Source: Sphyrna mokarran
Lineage: Eukaryota
Direction: 5' to 3'
Assembly: GCA_024679065.1 (NCBI GenBank)
Contig: JAGIQG010000017.1
Span: forward strand, 27,032,001-27,096,000
DNA length: 64,000 bases
Positions within the stretch are counted from its first letter, which is position 1. The number at the start of each line of letters is the position of its first letter. The position numbers and the translations under genes were made by a program. Below the pieces are notes generated by a model. It was given only the letters and a program-made list of their open reading frames with translations. It did no database searches and was not told the origin of the DNA. Of this stretch, positions 38,455 through 51,727 are shown piece by piece.

Positions 38455-39075
38455 ATGTTCTTTCCAATGTTATTGTGAAGGAGATCGAGTTATGATCACC
38501 ATCCCCGAAATGCTCTCCTACCAAGAGATCCGACACCTGTCCTGGTTCATTAGCTAGCACCAGGTCAAGTACAGCCTCTGCTCTTATTGGCTTATCTACG
38601 TGCTGTGTCAGGAAACCCTCCTGAACATACGTAACAAACTCTTCCCCGTCCAAATCCCTTACCCTTGGGATATTCCAGTCCATGTTTGGGAAATTAAAAT
38701 CTCCTATCAACTCTGTTATTACTACATCTTTCTAGGATCTGTTTCCCTATCTGCACCTCAACTTCCCTGTCATTATTGAGCGGCCTATAGGAAACACCCA
38801 GCGAAGTTATTGACCCCTTGCTGTTCCTAACTTCCACCCACAGAAACTCTGTAGACAGTCCCTCCACGGCATCCACCGTGAGTCTACAGCCGTGACACTG
38901 TCCCTAATCAACAGTGTCACTTCGCCACCTCTTTTGCCTCCCTCCCTGTCCTTCCTGAAGCATCTAAATCCCGGCACCTAATGTAGCCAGTCCTGTCCCG
39001 GAGACATCCAAGTCTCCGTAATGGCCACCACATCACATTCCCAAGTAGCAATCCATGCCCTAAGCTCATCATTAA
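38455..39075 (-). mobile_element. CR1 ORF2 apurinic-type endonuclease fragment
   Basis: Peptides GDFNFPNMDW, FLTQHVDKP.R.EAVLDLVL, GDGDHNSISF and upstream GVSYRP. Confidence 0.9.
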
Positions 39076-39865
39076 GCTTTGTATAAAGCTGAATTAATAT
39101 GAATAAACTTAACATGCTGGTCTCGGACCAGCAGAGATTACAAGCACTACAATTGATGTCAGCGTTCCTAAATTACATTAGCTAAATTACATTAACTTTG
39201 GCTCCTATTTGTGGGTACAGTCCGTATGTGTCTGTGTGTGTCTGCGTGTGTGAGTTGTTGATAGAAAAGTGTTTGGCACAAAAGAGGAAATTGAATTTCT
39301 TCATGGAAACTGTATCCGATTTCTAAAGTCTTAGAAAAGAGAATATTTGCCTGAACTATTTGTACTTTCAATGCAAAATCGAGATGTAAAATGGTAAAGC
39401 TTTGAATTGATTAGAAATTGGTTTCAAAGTATAATGGAAGCAAGTGAATTCTGGATAAAACCAGATTCTCTTGTATTGTCATGGGAACATGGAGTGGGGA
39501 TGGTGGAGGGATGGTGATTTTTTTTAGGCATCTCTTTCAGTACCTGCTTCTCTGCTTGTGTCCAGATCTTTCTTACATCTATCTGTCTATTTCTTTCCCT
39601 CTCCCATTTTCATCACGAGCAATTTCCAATTTTACTTCATGATATTGAAACCTGTTTTGAAAGACTGCAGCCATTGGTGGTGATCACCGATCTTGGAATA
39701 TCTTTTTTATTCCAGATGTCAGATACCATGTGTTGTGATGTGAGAATGGGCATTGACCAGCTTGGGGGTGGGGATGGGGAGATAATGGCTGGTAAAATAT
39801 TGGTGCAGCTTTTACAGATCTAGGATGTCTGACAAATATAACAATATTCTAATACGTCAATTATT

Positions 39866-40168
39866 TAAAGTTTATTCATTAGTGTCACAAGTAGGCTTAC
39901 ATTAACACTGCAATGAAGTTACTGTGAAAATCCCCAAGTCGCCACAATCCGATGCCTGTTTGAATACACTGGCAGAATTTAGCATGTCTATTGCACCTTA
40001 CCAAGCTGTCTTTGGACTATGGGAGGAAACTGGAGCATCTGGAGGAAATCCATGCAGACACGGGGAGAATGTGCAAACTCCACACAGACAGTGACCCAAA
40101 CCGGGAGTTGAACCCAGGTCCCTGGCAATGTGAGGCAGCAATGCTAACTACTGAGTCACCATGCCTCC
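39866..40168 (-). mobile_element. V-SINE with alternative tail (gtcacaagtaggcttacattaacactgcaatgaag)
   Basis: HE1 head and V core; tail shared with 44925-45030. Confidence 0.87.
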
Positions 40169-40325
40169 CATTTTTTTTGTTTATTTTTATGTCTTTTTTT
40201 AAACGTCTGTAAAAAGCCACACTTGCTTAGAACTTCTATCAGGAAATTGGCCTCGATCCCATGTATTCTAGCTCATCTAGTGATAGATAGCATTCAACTT
40301 GTTTAAGACAGATTATTGAACAACT

Positions 40326-40688
40326 GGGCAGCACAGTGACACAGTAGTTAGCATGGCTACCTCATAGTGTGAAGGACTTGGGTTCAATTCTGGCCTTGGG
40401 TGACTATCTGTGTGGGATTTGCACATTCTCCTAGTGATTGCATGGATTTCCTCTAGGTGCTGCGCTTTCTTCCCACAGTTCAAAACTGTGTGGGTTAGAT
40501 GGTTTGGCCATGTTAAATTGCCCCTTTGTGTCCCAGGATTAGTAATTAAGGGGATTAGCTAGGGTAACTTCATGGGGTTACAGGAATGGGTTTGTGGGTG
40601 GAGAGAGTGGGACAGGGTAAAATGCTTGGTTGAAAAGTCAGTGCAGACTTGAAAGGCCAAATGATCTGCTTCTGTACTGGAGGGATTA
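40326..40688 (+). mobile_element. HE1-type V-SINE
   Basis: Head gggcagcacagtgacacagtagttagc, V core and tail. Confidence 0.85.
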
Positions 40689-42018
40689 AGCCTGAAATTA
40701 TTAAAATTAGGACCTACAGTTAATTAAACTTTTGACTTTAATCATCTTTAATTTAGGTTAACATAATGGGAACCAGACTAGGAAGGAGAATGTTACCATT
40801 TAATAAATAAACATGGAATTGGAATTTTTGTGTCAACCGTGTTCTGAGAAAATTATATTTCAAAAAAATTGTTGAGAGTTAAAGTCCCGGAAGAAGAATT
40901 TGAGTGGCCGATAGTGATGAACTTTAATTTTAACGCTGAAACAATATCAGGAGAAACACTGTCTTCAGAATGTATAAGAAGAAAGTTTTTGGAATCAGAA
41001 ATCCTCAAGCAGTATCATAGCAGATTAAGACTGCTTGCCTTATCAAGTTGTTGTTATTTTGTCTTTAATTAAGAATATGATCTGTAATTGTGAGGTAATG
41101 TGTAAAATATACTTAGAATTAACTGAAGCGATTTTCAGTAGAACAATTTGTCTATTCTGAGAACATCACAGAAAAATCCTGAACAATTAGAAGGAAGTTA
41201 CTTTTTCTGGAATTTTATACGTATGGAGGTAACTCAACCTGGGAGATGAGAACAATTTTAACTCTTTTTTTTTCTGCCAATATCCCATCAATTTCTGCAG
41301 TTTTCCAGGTAGAGGAAGGAACGTTTAAGTCTCCATTCTCCTGGGATTCTGCCAACCAAATCCCCGCTACCAGCTCTTAAGCACAAGGCTCTTTGTGGCT
41401 TTCCTAACACTTCCTGAGGCAATTGATATTATTAATAAAAAAGATAATTCACAATGACAGAAGCAAATATGACAGTCCACCTTACTGGGTACATGTAACT
41501 AACAAGAATCAGCTAGGGATTTTCCTTTATCGATAATCCTCTGTGGTGTGTTGCCATTTTGATTAATTTGTATGAGAATTCATATTTCCTCATTTTTATT
41601 TATGATGCGGCTGATCTTTGATCACTGCAATAGTACAGACCATTTATTAATGCTTTGTTAACAGATTGATCACACTTCAAGTACAATTGTATTTGTGTGT
41701 TTGCACGTTAATTGTGTTCTAAAATGTATAGATCTGAAACATGAGACCATAATGGTTGAACATCATTGCATGAGCATATTTTTGTGTGGAAATGAGGTAG
41801 CTTTTTATATGAGGTGGCCAGTTTTAATTTTTCTTCAGCAGAAAACTTTTGGATTTGGGTAAATCTACTCATTTTGTTAGGTGCTAATTTCAGGTGAATA
41901 TATAGTTAGAATTTGATTAGTGCTTTTAAACTGCTCAGAGAGAATTTCCCAGGCCGTGATAGTGCAGAACTACTTCTATTTGAAGATAAGTATACACCTT
42001 ACTAGATTTTTATATACT

Positions 42019-42209
42019 GGCTTGGATTTTCCCGTGTCCCCCCCCCCCCCCCATGGCAGGTTTTCCAGCAGTGGAGAAGGCACACCACTGGCTGCTAACG
42101 GGATCTTTGGGTCTCAGCAAAGCCAATGACTATTTGTGTTGTTCGCGTGTGCTGCTTGCTGGGGAATCCAACCCTACTGATTGCCAGGAAGAGCCAAAAA
42201 GTCCTGTCC
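42019..42209. mobile_element. Harbinger-like MITE
   Basis: Internal homology to 54549-54734 and 56360-56568; degenerate terminal inverted repeats. Confidence 0.55.
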
Positions 42210-43282
42210 ATTTGCTGCTTAACATGCTAATAAGAAACCTTTAACACTTCAACTACCAATAAATGATTTAATAACTCAGCACGATTTTGAAGTTGCACTT
42301 TGATTCTCAAATCAATATAAACAGTACAAATGTTATGCACAGCAGTATCTCATTTGAAGTTAGATCGTTGCCCTTTGATAAAAGGCATACAAAAGTATAA
42401 ATTATTGGATGTTTAAAATTAATTATCTGTGATTTTATAGCTCCCACCCCTCTTGGTGTTGTTGACTCATGTTGGCTGACAGGACAAATTTGCCTGGCAG
42501 CCCTTATTCTTTGAGTATTATTAGGCTTGTGTTTCATGGAAGCCCCACAATTGCACTGTTCTGTCTTCATCATGTACACAAATCTTCCAATCAGGAGAAT
42601 TAGACAGCAGCAAAAAATAGAAATCTTGGCTGACTTCCTCTTCCCATCATTTCCTAGTCCAGAGAAGTCAAGATTAACTGTTGTGCCCTGACTAGGTTTG
42701 TCAACTGTGATTACTTGTCTTCCTGGAGGTTTCCCACAAGATATTTCCCCACGCTCCAACCATTAGTAAGTCAACACCTCCATCTTTGCAATGAACTGTC
42801 TTCCTACACCAATTGGAAAGCAAAAAGACTCTATCCAATTGAACGATGCTTGTCTGTTAGCTGAACAGTTATAGTTTTTCCTATTTTCAATATTTTTATA
42901 TCTGGTAAAGAGAGATGCTCAAAGAATTTGTTTTTAAATTAGAAAATACTTGTTAACTGTCTGGATGATTTTTCTGCAGGCTCCTGGAGATTAATATTCA
43001 GTTTCTGGAGATCCCAGGCCAGTTGCAGAGGATTGTCAACCATAGCCTCTAATATTAGTTTAGCTGTGTTTAAACAATGGGGTTGAATTGTACGGGCTAG
43101 GAGGACTGGAAACATGGTGTGATTTGGCATTCTCTCTAGCTGCTGGAGCATCTTTTTAGCTTTTTGGTCCCTTGAGAAACCCCAATTTTAGTCTTTCACC
43201 ATTAGCAGCCACTTCTTAGGATACCTCTGGATCCAATGCTCCAGAATTTCCTCTCAAACCTACTCTCCTCACCACTGCATAG

Positions 43283-43607
43283 TATCATAGAATCCTACAG
43301 TGCAGAAGAAGACCATTCAGGCCATTGAATCTGCATTGACCACAATCTCACCCAAGGCCCAATCCCTAAAAACCCATGTGTTTACCATAACTAGTCCCAC
43401 TGACATGAGATTTAACTTAGCATAGCCAATCAACCTAACCAGCATGTCTTTTGGACTGTGGGAGAAAACTGGAGCACCTGGAAGAAACTACACAGACACG
43501 GGGAGAACGTGCAAATTCTCCTCAGAAAGTGACCAAAGCAGGAAATTGAACCCAAATCGCTGGCACCATAAGGCAGCAGTGTTAACCACTGTGTCACCAT
43601 GCTGCTG
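43283..43607 (-). mobile_element. HE1-type V-SINE
   Basis: Full length with atcatagaatcc tail. Confidence 0.88.
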
Positions 43608-43911
43608 CACATTCCACCTTCTATTTACCTCTTAGATGAATCTTTTAATCATTTCTCCCAGTGTCTCATTTAGTTTCGAATTTTTTTGCTAATGCTCCTG
43701 TGACATGCCGTGCAATGTCTCTTTGTTAAACTCTCTATGCAAGTACACACTTCTGTTGAGGGTAGCTATAATACCAGAATATTCACCAATCAACTATGCT
43801 ATGCAATGTTTGAGCAATTCAATAACACTGTTTTAAAATGAAATTTTTTTAAATGTCTGTGTCAGGAAGGATTGACATTTAATTTCCAGAGTCTCTTTAT
43901 GATTGTGTTTT

Positions 43912-44248
43912 GGGTGGTGCAGAGGTGAGCATTGCTGCCAAGCAGCTCCAGGGACTTGGGTCTGATTCTGACCTCGGGTGACTATGTGGAGTTTACACAT
44001 TCTCCCTGTGCCTGTGTGGATTTCCTCTGGCAGCTTTGGTTTCTTCTCTCACTCCAAAGATGTGCAGGTTAGCTGAATCGGCCATGCTAACTTGCCTCTC
44101 AGTGTCCTAAGGGGTGTAGATTAAGGGGATTATCAGGGTAAATACAGGGATAGGGAGAGTTGGGCCTGGGTAAGATGTTCTGTTGAAGGGTCAATGCAGA
44201 CCTGATTGGCCAGATGACCTCTTTCTGTACTGTAGAGTTCTATGATTC
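43912..44248 (+). mobile_element. HE1-type V-SINE
   Basis: Full length; inverted relative to 43283-43607. Confidence 0.85.
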
Positions 44249-44924
44249 GCTAAACTATAAACCTGGTACGACATAGCTTCAGTATTTGATGGAAAATATT
44301 CTAATTTTTGTGCAAGTACATCATTCTCACAGGAGACCTATTAAACTAAAGTATTAGTGTTGAGAACAATGCCGGAAGGAATAAACTGCAGTAAGAATGT
44401 ACATTTGGCATGGTTTCCAGTTCATATTGAAGACATGTTCTGACATTGACAATGATCGTAATAGTACAGAGCTAATATAAACCCTCTATCTTTGAAATGA
44501 TTTCCCTTATTTAGCCTCCCAGTGAAGCAATTATCAGATTGTCACAAAGACATCACAATAGGCTCAGCCTCTAATCGGTGACTTTTACTGTCCTTTTAAC
44601 TTGTATTTCAATTGCTTTGTTACCAACAATAACAAAGGTTTTGTTAAAGCCTTCAGTTTTATTTCTGTGTGTGCTGAGATTCTATAAGGAATCCAATGTT
44701 CATTTTCATGGTTTATGATTTTCAAAGCTCTCAACTAAATTTTAGTTTTATTGCACGATGACTCTAGATTAAGTCTGAATGATTTAACTGGCATTGATCA
44801 TCGTGGGGACAATTTTTGTTTCATTATTGCCAAATTGCACTCAAACAGCAGTAGTACACCAATATCAGGCAGCAGGTAGTCATGACAACCCTACTGCTGA
44901 GTTGACAACCATTCTAATTTTTTT

Positions 44925-45640
44925 TAAGTTTACTTATTATGTCACAAGTAGGTTTATATTAACACTGCAATGAAATTACTGTTAAAATCCCCCAATCGCC
45001 ACACTCTGCGGCCTGTTTGGATACACAGAGACAGAAAAAAGGGGCAGGCATAGGCCATTTGGTCCTTTGAGCCTGCATTCAATATGGTCATGGCTGATCA
45101 TGTATTTTCAATATTCCACTCTCGCTTTCTCTCTATATCCCTTGCCTTTAGCTACAAGGGTTACGTGCAGCTCCCTCCTGAACGTATCTCATGAACTGGC
45201 CACAACAGCTTCCTGTGACAGAGAGTTGTGAACTTATGGAATTCCCTAGTGAAGAAATTATTCCTCATCTCAATCCTGAATGGTTTAGCCCTTATTTTTA
45301 GATTGTGACTCCTAGTTCTGAACTTGCCCAACATCAAGAAAATTCTTCCTGTGTTTAGCCTGGGCAAACCCATCAGGATTTTATGTGTTTCTGTGAGATT
45401 CCCTCTCATTCTTCGAAATTCCAGTGAGTACAAACCCAGTCAATCCAATCTCTCTCTTCATATGTCAGTCCTGCCATTCTGGGAATCAGTCTGGTGAAGG
45501 TAGAAGTTTAGCATGGCCAATGCACCTAACCAGCACGTCTTCCAATTGTGGGAGAAAATTGGAGCACTTGAAGGATACCCATGCAGACATGGGAAGAACA
45601 TGCAGATTTTGACCCAAGCTTGGAATTGAACCCAGGTCAG
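44925..45640 (-). mobile_element. V-SINE split by a nested CR1 3' fragment (about 45030-45497)
   Basis: SINE tail ...tttggatacacagag resumes as tttagcatggccaatgcacctaacc after the CR1 peptide YSLEFRRMRGNLTETHK. Confidence 0.8.
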
Positions 45641-45986
45641 GTGGATAAGCAACCTGTCTCCCAGAACTTCCATCAGAAACTCACTCTAAGTATACAGGGG
45701 TCAAATGATACAATTCAGATTGCAATACTGTAATCCTCTCCACCAACCTAACTATTTCCAGCTTTTATTTCTGTGTTACAAGTGCAGAAGTGACCATTTC
45801 CACTAATGAGGAATCTTGGTCTGCTGTTGGGGAAAGCTTTTGGGGACAGTTGGCATGGGTTTTGCACCTTATTGCAGTTTGAAATGTTACATAGTTGCTG
45901 ATGTCGCTGCTGCAGTCATTGCCAGCTGTTGCTTGTTGATCCTAATGTTCAATATAGCTCCCCTGAACCATTCCTGAAAGCACTTT

Positions 45987-46286
45987 ATCATAGAATCCCT
46001 ACAGTGCAGAAAGAGGCCATTTGGCCCCATTGAGTTTGCACTGACCGCAATCCTACCCAGCCCTATCCCCATAACCGCATACACTTAAACTAGCTAGTCC
46101 CTCTAACACTAAGGGGCAATTTAGCATGGCCAATCCAGCTAACCTGCACATCTTTGGTCGGTGTAAGAAAACCATGCAGACACAGGGAGAATGTGCAGAC
46201 TCCACACAGATTGTGATCCAAGCTGGGAATCGAATTGCGTCCCTGGCGCTGTGAGGCAGCAGTGTTAATTAACCACTGTGCCACTC
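45987..46286 (-). mobile_element. HE1-type V-SINE
   Basis: Full length, low divergence. Confidence 0.88.
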
Positions 46287-47709
46287 TGCTGTCTGCCAGA
46301 GAATGGACTTCTTGCTTGATTTATAAGTGGACTCCTTGCCTGATTTTGGACATATATGTGGCTGAGATCCCTTTTTAGGGGAGTATGTTTGCCAATCTCA
46401 ATGTAAGGAAGATACATCAAAAGACTGATTGTGTCCCACACTGATTCCTTGTGCCTTAAATCCACCCCTCTACCCACCTCCAGCCCAGTTAACAAAAAAA
46501 CTTTAAAGATTCCTCTGAAAGTAGCTGACCACTTTAACTTCTTCGCCAATAGCAGAAGTTTGATCAACACTATAAAAGATCATCAGAATTTTGCAATGGA
46601 GCATTGCTAACTGTCCATGTTTAAAAAGTAATCGCTTTGAGCATTAGTAAGCTTACTGAAGGAGTATTGTGTGTATTTTCATTCCTCATTGTGCCCAGTC
46701 ATATTCGTCCACACAGTCCAGATATGTATCTATCCAACTTCCCAACAAATCTTCCCTTTGCCTGCCCACGTTCTCCCTGTCAGTTTTTTCTGGCTCCTTG
46801 TTTCTTTTCTCCGAGACTAGCTTTGATTCGGGATTGTAGAAGAATGAAGTTTGTATGTTCTCTGTAGGTCCAGTTAAATACCTGTGCCCAGCTTACAGCT
46901 GCTCCATGTGTGCCTTGCCTTTGCTGCAGCTGTTTCAGAGCTGCTGATGCACTTGCTTGTTTTATTACCTAATACTTTCATTGTCTTTTAAACAACATTA
47001 GCGTAAAACAGTTTTTTTAATATCTGCCTCCCGCCCCTCCTCTATTCCTCCCCTGTGCTGTACCTTGGCTAGAAATGATCTTTCAAATTGCCTAATGGCA
47101 CCTGCCAAAAAAACTTTTAAATGTACTTGCATTGTGTGGACCAGGCAAGATGTTATTTGGATCTGATGGTCATTCTGATTTTTATTTATGCTGTGATTCT
47201 GTCCAGCAGTTCCCAATAGTTTCTTAAGATTCAAAACAAGTGGTAACAATATTGCTGCATGTTCATTATTTAAAAGAAAAATAAAAAATGTGGCTAGCTT
47301 TGCTGACAATTTCATTTAAATCCCAGTCGAACTCCTTGACAGACTCAATATACAGAATAGGTTACGATTTTATGATAACTTGTCTCCTCACTAAACTTTT
47401 GGGATAGATCTGGATATACTAGTCAATAGCTGTGAGCTTTGCTATACAAAGTGGTGAGAGAATTCCTTCAGCAATCACAGCTTGTTGATTGCGTTCTGTG
47501 ATGGCCATTAATAAAATGCAGCAATTTATAATGAAAAAAATATGCTCACTGTGTTCCAGTGTCTGTGGAGCTTGAAGCTGTTTTGTGGCACTTTGCCTTG
47601 TTTGTCAGTGTAAAATTCTGCTAATAGGGGCTGAAGCATCTTTGGCTGCTCTCTACGAAGTAATAGCTGATGTAGATGAAGATTTTAAATGCATTATTTC
47701 TATCTGCAG

Positions 47710-47770
47710 AAATACTTTTCGGGTGAAGAGATCCCCAAAGCGTACCTCACTATCTGAAGCATCCTCGCAG
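47710..47770 (+). CDS. TACC2: TACC2 exon NTFRVKRSPKRTSLSEASSQ
   Basis: Acceptor tctgcag, donor CAG|gtcagt. Matches mammalian DTFRVKKSPKRSPLSDPPSQ. Phase 2 in, 0 out. Confidence 0.93.
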
Positions 47771-48232
47771 GTCAGTAAACATGGATTCAAATTAATTCCA
47801 GAACTCCTAACTACAAGAATACATTGACTTGGTAGACAAATGGAAGGGAACAGGAGGTGGGATGTAGAGAGAGAGAGGGTGGGGGAGCGGGGGTGGTGGC
47901 AAAAGTTGGGGGAGGGCTTTCACTGTACTGAAAGTTAATTCAAGAACAATACAATACTCAGTGTATTCACATTTTTGTCTTCTATTTGGCACTGTATCAA
48001 TTTTCATGATGCAGTATACACTATGCTTCTCAGTCCAGATATCCTAGTTTTGGAAGTTATGTTATTAAAGCTTGCTGTAAGCATTTACCTAAGGAACACG
48101 TGTTTGGAAATTAATGCTCGTGTTTATAATGCCATATTATTGTTACTGATGGACTAACTATGCCTTCTTCCAGCTGGCAGTCCTGCCTGAGGGTTTGATT
48201 TCAGGATGAATAATGTGATGCTTACATTTTAG

Positions 48233-48458
48233 GAATCAACGCCGCTTAATACACCTGAGACTCCGCAGGTAATTGGCACGGTGGAACATGCCACTGATGA
48301 AGAGAAACTGGCATCTTCAGTGACAAATCAGAAATGGTCCTACTCTGGAATACAAAGTGAATTGGAAGAAGATAAACCTGATTATCCTCAGCCTTCAGAT
48401 CTTTCCGCGTTCGTCAATGAAAATTCTGAATTTGTAAATGAGAATTATTCTTCAGCGG
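48233..48458 (+). CDS. TACC2: TACC2 exon ESTPLNTPETP...HATDEEKLA...DYPQPSDLSAFVNE
   Basis: Acceptor cattttag, donor G|gtatgt. Contains the TACC1/2 HATDEEKLA motif and the TACC2 DYPQPSDLS motif. Confidence 0.95.
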
Positions 48459-48914
48459 GTATGTTTTTAAAAACTCTGACATACTTTGTAACTGCTGTAC
48501 AAATTTGTAATTTAATTTGTCAACCAGATATTAACCAAAGAACCCCAATAGTGCAGAAGAGGCCATTGATGCAGCACTGACTCTCCAAAAGAGCATCCCA
48601 CCGAGGTCCTTCCCTTCACTCTATCCCTGTAACCCTGAGCATTTACCATGGACCCCGTGCACCTAACCCGCACATGTGTGACTGTTAAGGGGCAATTCAC
48701 CTTAGTGTTAAGTCCCTTGCTTTTTGTGGTATACATCCATGATTTGGATTTGAATGTTGGAAGAGTGATGAAAAATCTTGAAGGAAGCTGTTGACTATGG
48801 GAAGATGAGGAGTGTGAACTAAAGTGTTTAGGGATGGCTAGCAAGGCAAGGGAATGCACGTTTGATTTGATTTATTATTATTGTGTGTTTTAGTACGTGC
48901 TGAAATATATTGTT

Positions 48915-50455
48915 TCTATAAATGGTAGGTTACTGAGATCTATAGGAAAGAATGATCTTGGTGTGAATGTTCGCAGATCCTGATAGTGGTTAAACAGGTA
49001 GCTAAGGTGATGAAGAAGGCAGGTGGGATATTTGCTGTTATCAGCTGAAACACAGAATGTAAAAACAAGGCATTTGTGGCTGAACAGTATAAAACATTTG
49101 TTTAGTCATAGCCTGCAGTTCTGGACACAGCCCTTTCAGAGAGTTATGGTTGTAATGGAGAGAGTAAAAGGAGGTTTATGAGGATGTTGCCTGGAGTGGA
49201 GAATTTTAGTTATGAGGAAAGGTTGGATAGGCTATGGTTATTTTATTTGGAACAAAGAAGGCTGAGGGGAGACCTAACTGAAGCGTATCAAATCATGAGG
49301 GTTCGGAATAGAGTGGATTGGAAAGCCCTACTCCCTACAATTGAGGTCTCCATAACCAATGAGCATAGATGTAAGGTGAGAGATACAAGGATTAAAAGAA
49401 TTATTTTTCTCCCAGCAGGTGGTGAGGAGTTGAAATTCATTGTCAGCAAGGGTGAGAGAGAGAGAAAGAAACTCTCATAACATTTATAAAATACTTGAAT
49501 ATGCATCAGAAGTGTTGAAACCAAGAGCTGGAAAGTGAAATTAGGATGGATGACTATCATCAACATGCGTATAGACTGGCAGTGATTGGCATGTTTTTGT
49601 ACAGTAAATTTCTATGATGAATGATAGAATCCTTTCAGTGCTGAAGGAGACCATTTTGCCCATCAAGACTGCATCAACAATAATCCCACCCAGATCCTAT
49701 CCCCCGTAACCTCACATATTTACCCTGCAAATCCCTCTGGCACTAAGGGGCAATTTAGCATAGCCAATCAACCTAACCCACACATCTTTGGACTGTGAAG
49801 GAAACCGGAGTACCCAGAGGAAATCCATGCAGACACGGGGAGAACATGCAAACTTCACACGGACAGCATCCAAGTTTGGAATTGAACCAGGTCCCCCTGG
49901 TGCTGTGAGGCACTGTGCCAGCATGTCACCCTAATGACAAGATACAGGAAGGATGTAACTGCTTTGTAAAGAGTGCCAAGAAGATTTACAAGAATGTTGC
50001 CAGGCCTAGAAAAGTGCAGTAAGAGAAGAGATTGGATAAATTGGGGTTATTTTCCTTGGAACAAAGGACATTGACGGACGACTTGATTCGGCTGTACAAA
50101 ATTATGAGGGGAAGACATAGAATGGACTGTTAAAAATGTTTCCCAAAGGAGAATTCTAGAACCAGGGGACATAGATTCGGAATAAGTGGCAATAGTGTAG
50201 AGGGGACAAGAGAGAGAACTTTTTTTATGCAAAGGGTGTGTGAGTGCCTGGAATTTGCTGCCTGAGTTTGATGGAGACAGTGGTCCAAATCTCTTTTAAA
50301 ATACATCCGGATCTGCAACTTAAGTGCTGTAAGCTATAGGGCTATGGGTTAGGTGCAGGAAAGTGGGATTAGAAAGGGCACTTGGGTGTCCTCGGATGGA
50401 CAAGATGGGCCAAATGGCCTCCTCCTGTATGCTTTCACTTTTCTATGAGTTGATT
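48915..50455 (+). mobile_element. Two CR1 3' fragments (about 48915-49615 and 49940-50450) separated by an HE1 SINE (49620-49931, -)
   Basis: RMLPGVENFSYEERLDRL..RRLRGDL peptide; second RT C-terminus and 3'UTR; SINE head and V core between them. Confidence 0.82.
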
Positions 50456-50942
50456 GGTGTGTGTTTGTACAGTAAATTTTTATGATGTCCATCATACATC
50501 AAATCTCAACAATGTTTTAAGGCTGTTGAAGTATTTTTGACATAAGAAAGAAAACAAAATTTTAGCAGTGAGTTGTCACTGAAGCATTGCTGCAGTATTA
50601 TTGGTACAAAGCTGAATAAAGTATTGGTGTGGTTATACAGGGAGGAAAGTCAATACAATCTTGTTATCTTAATGGAAAGTTGAAATGAGCCTGGAGACAG
50701 ATTTTAACACATTTGAAATTGAGGGCAATAAACTTGACAAGTGCAAACAAGTCATAAATGTAAAAGATTAGCACAGCTTTATCGCTTAACTTAATCCAGT
50801 GTCAGTATGCTTTCCAAGTTATATGTTCAATTAGAAGAAAAATATTGTTGGAAGTCAAAAATAAAATAGTGATCTCAATTTAAGTAACAAAATGATAGAA
50901 AGGATTCACAAGTAGGCCCAATCAGAATGTTTGAAAGTGTAA

Positions 50943-51727
50943 GGAGGTGATCTTATCAGCTTGTCCCACCAGTCGATGGCATGGCAATGAAAAATTGGGC
51001 TTGTGCCCAATTTCTTACCTTTCACGTTCTTTCCGGCCCTGTTCTGACAGCAAAATCGGCTTTATGCCCATAAAGGATGAAAAGCTGATTTTAATACTCA
51101 TTAGTTCATTTAAATCTAATTAGTGAATTCTGGACTCTATCATCTGGGCTCGCTTGAACATACTTAGTCATCATTTGGGGTCTTCACCAACAAGGGCCAC
51201 ATATGATCCGTGTTGGTTGGGACATGATATGATAGCCTCGACAGTGGGAATACAGGCCGTTGAAGCCCCCAAAGTGGGCGGGAAATAGGCAGTGTCCAAA
51301 TTGGCACTGCCCACTGAGCATTGGGTAGTATCAAGTGGTGGAGCCTAAAGTGGGATGGCCCATGAAGGGGGGGTGGGGCAGAGTCATGGTGGGAGAGGTA
51401 AGGAGGGTGGGGATCAGCCAGAGTGGTGATAAGTAGGTAGGGACAGTAATCAATGAGCGGCGATCGAGATGGGGGGTTGGAGTGATAAATCTCCCAGTGC
51501 ACTATGTACAGTGGCACCCTTAGAGCCCAGTAGCAGGCTTCCCAGTGTGAATAGACTGGCAGTGAATAGACTGCATCCATCCTCTGCCAGTGAGAATCAG
51601 ATTTGGGTTCTTCTCTTTTTTCTAAGTGCCAACAATGGCATCTGGGAGCTTGCCCAAAACAAGGGTGCAATTCTCTCCTGTTTTTATGTTCATTCAGTAC
51701 TCAGAATTTTTTGGTAAGATTGCCCCC
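50943..51727. mobile_element. Non-autonomous Harbinger-like DNA transposon (785 bp)
   Basis: Terminal inverted repeats GGAGGTGATCTTATCA / TGGTAAGATTGCCCCC, flanked by TAA on both sides; no coding capacity. Confidence 0.65.

Noticed and set aside
46648-46700. KLTEGVLCVFSF segment as the cassette exon
   Set aside because: Weak acceptor and no phase-2 donor to keep the frame with exon 47710.
51164-51670. 168-aa Pro/His-rich ORF
   Set aside because: Compositional artefact of the G-rich interior of a non-autonomous DNA element.
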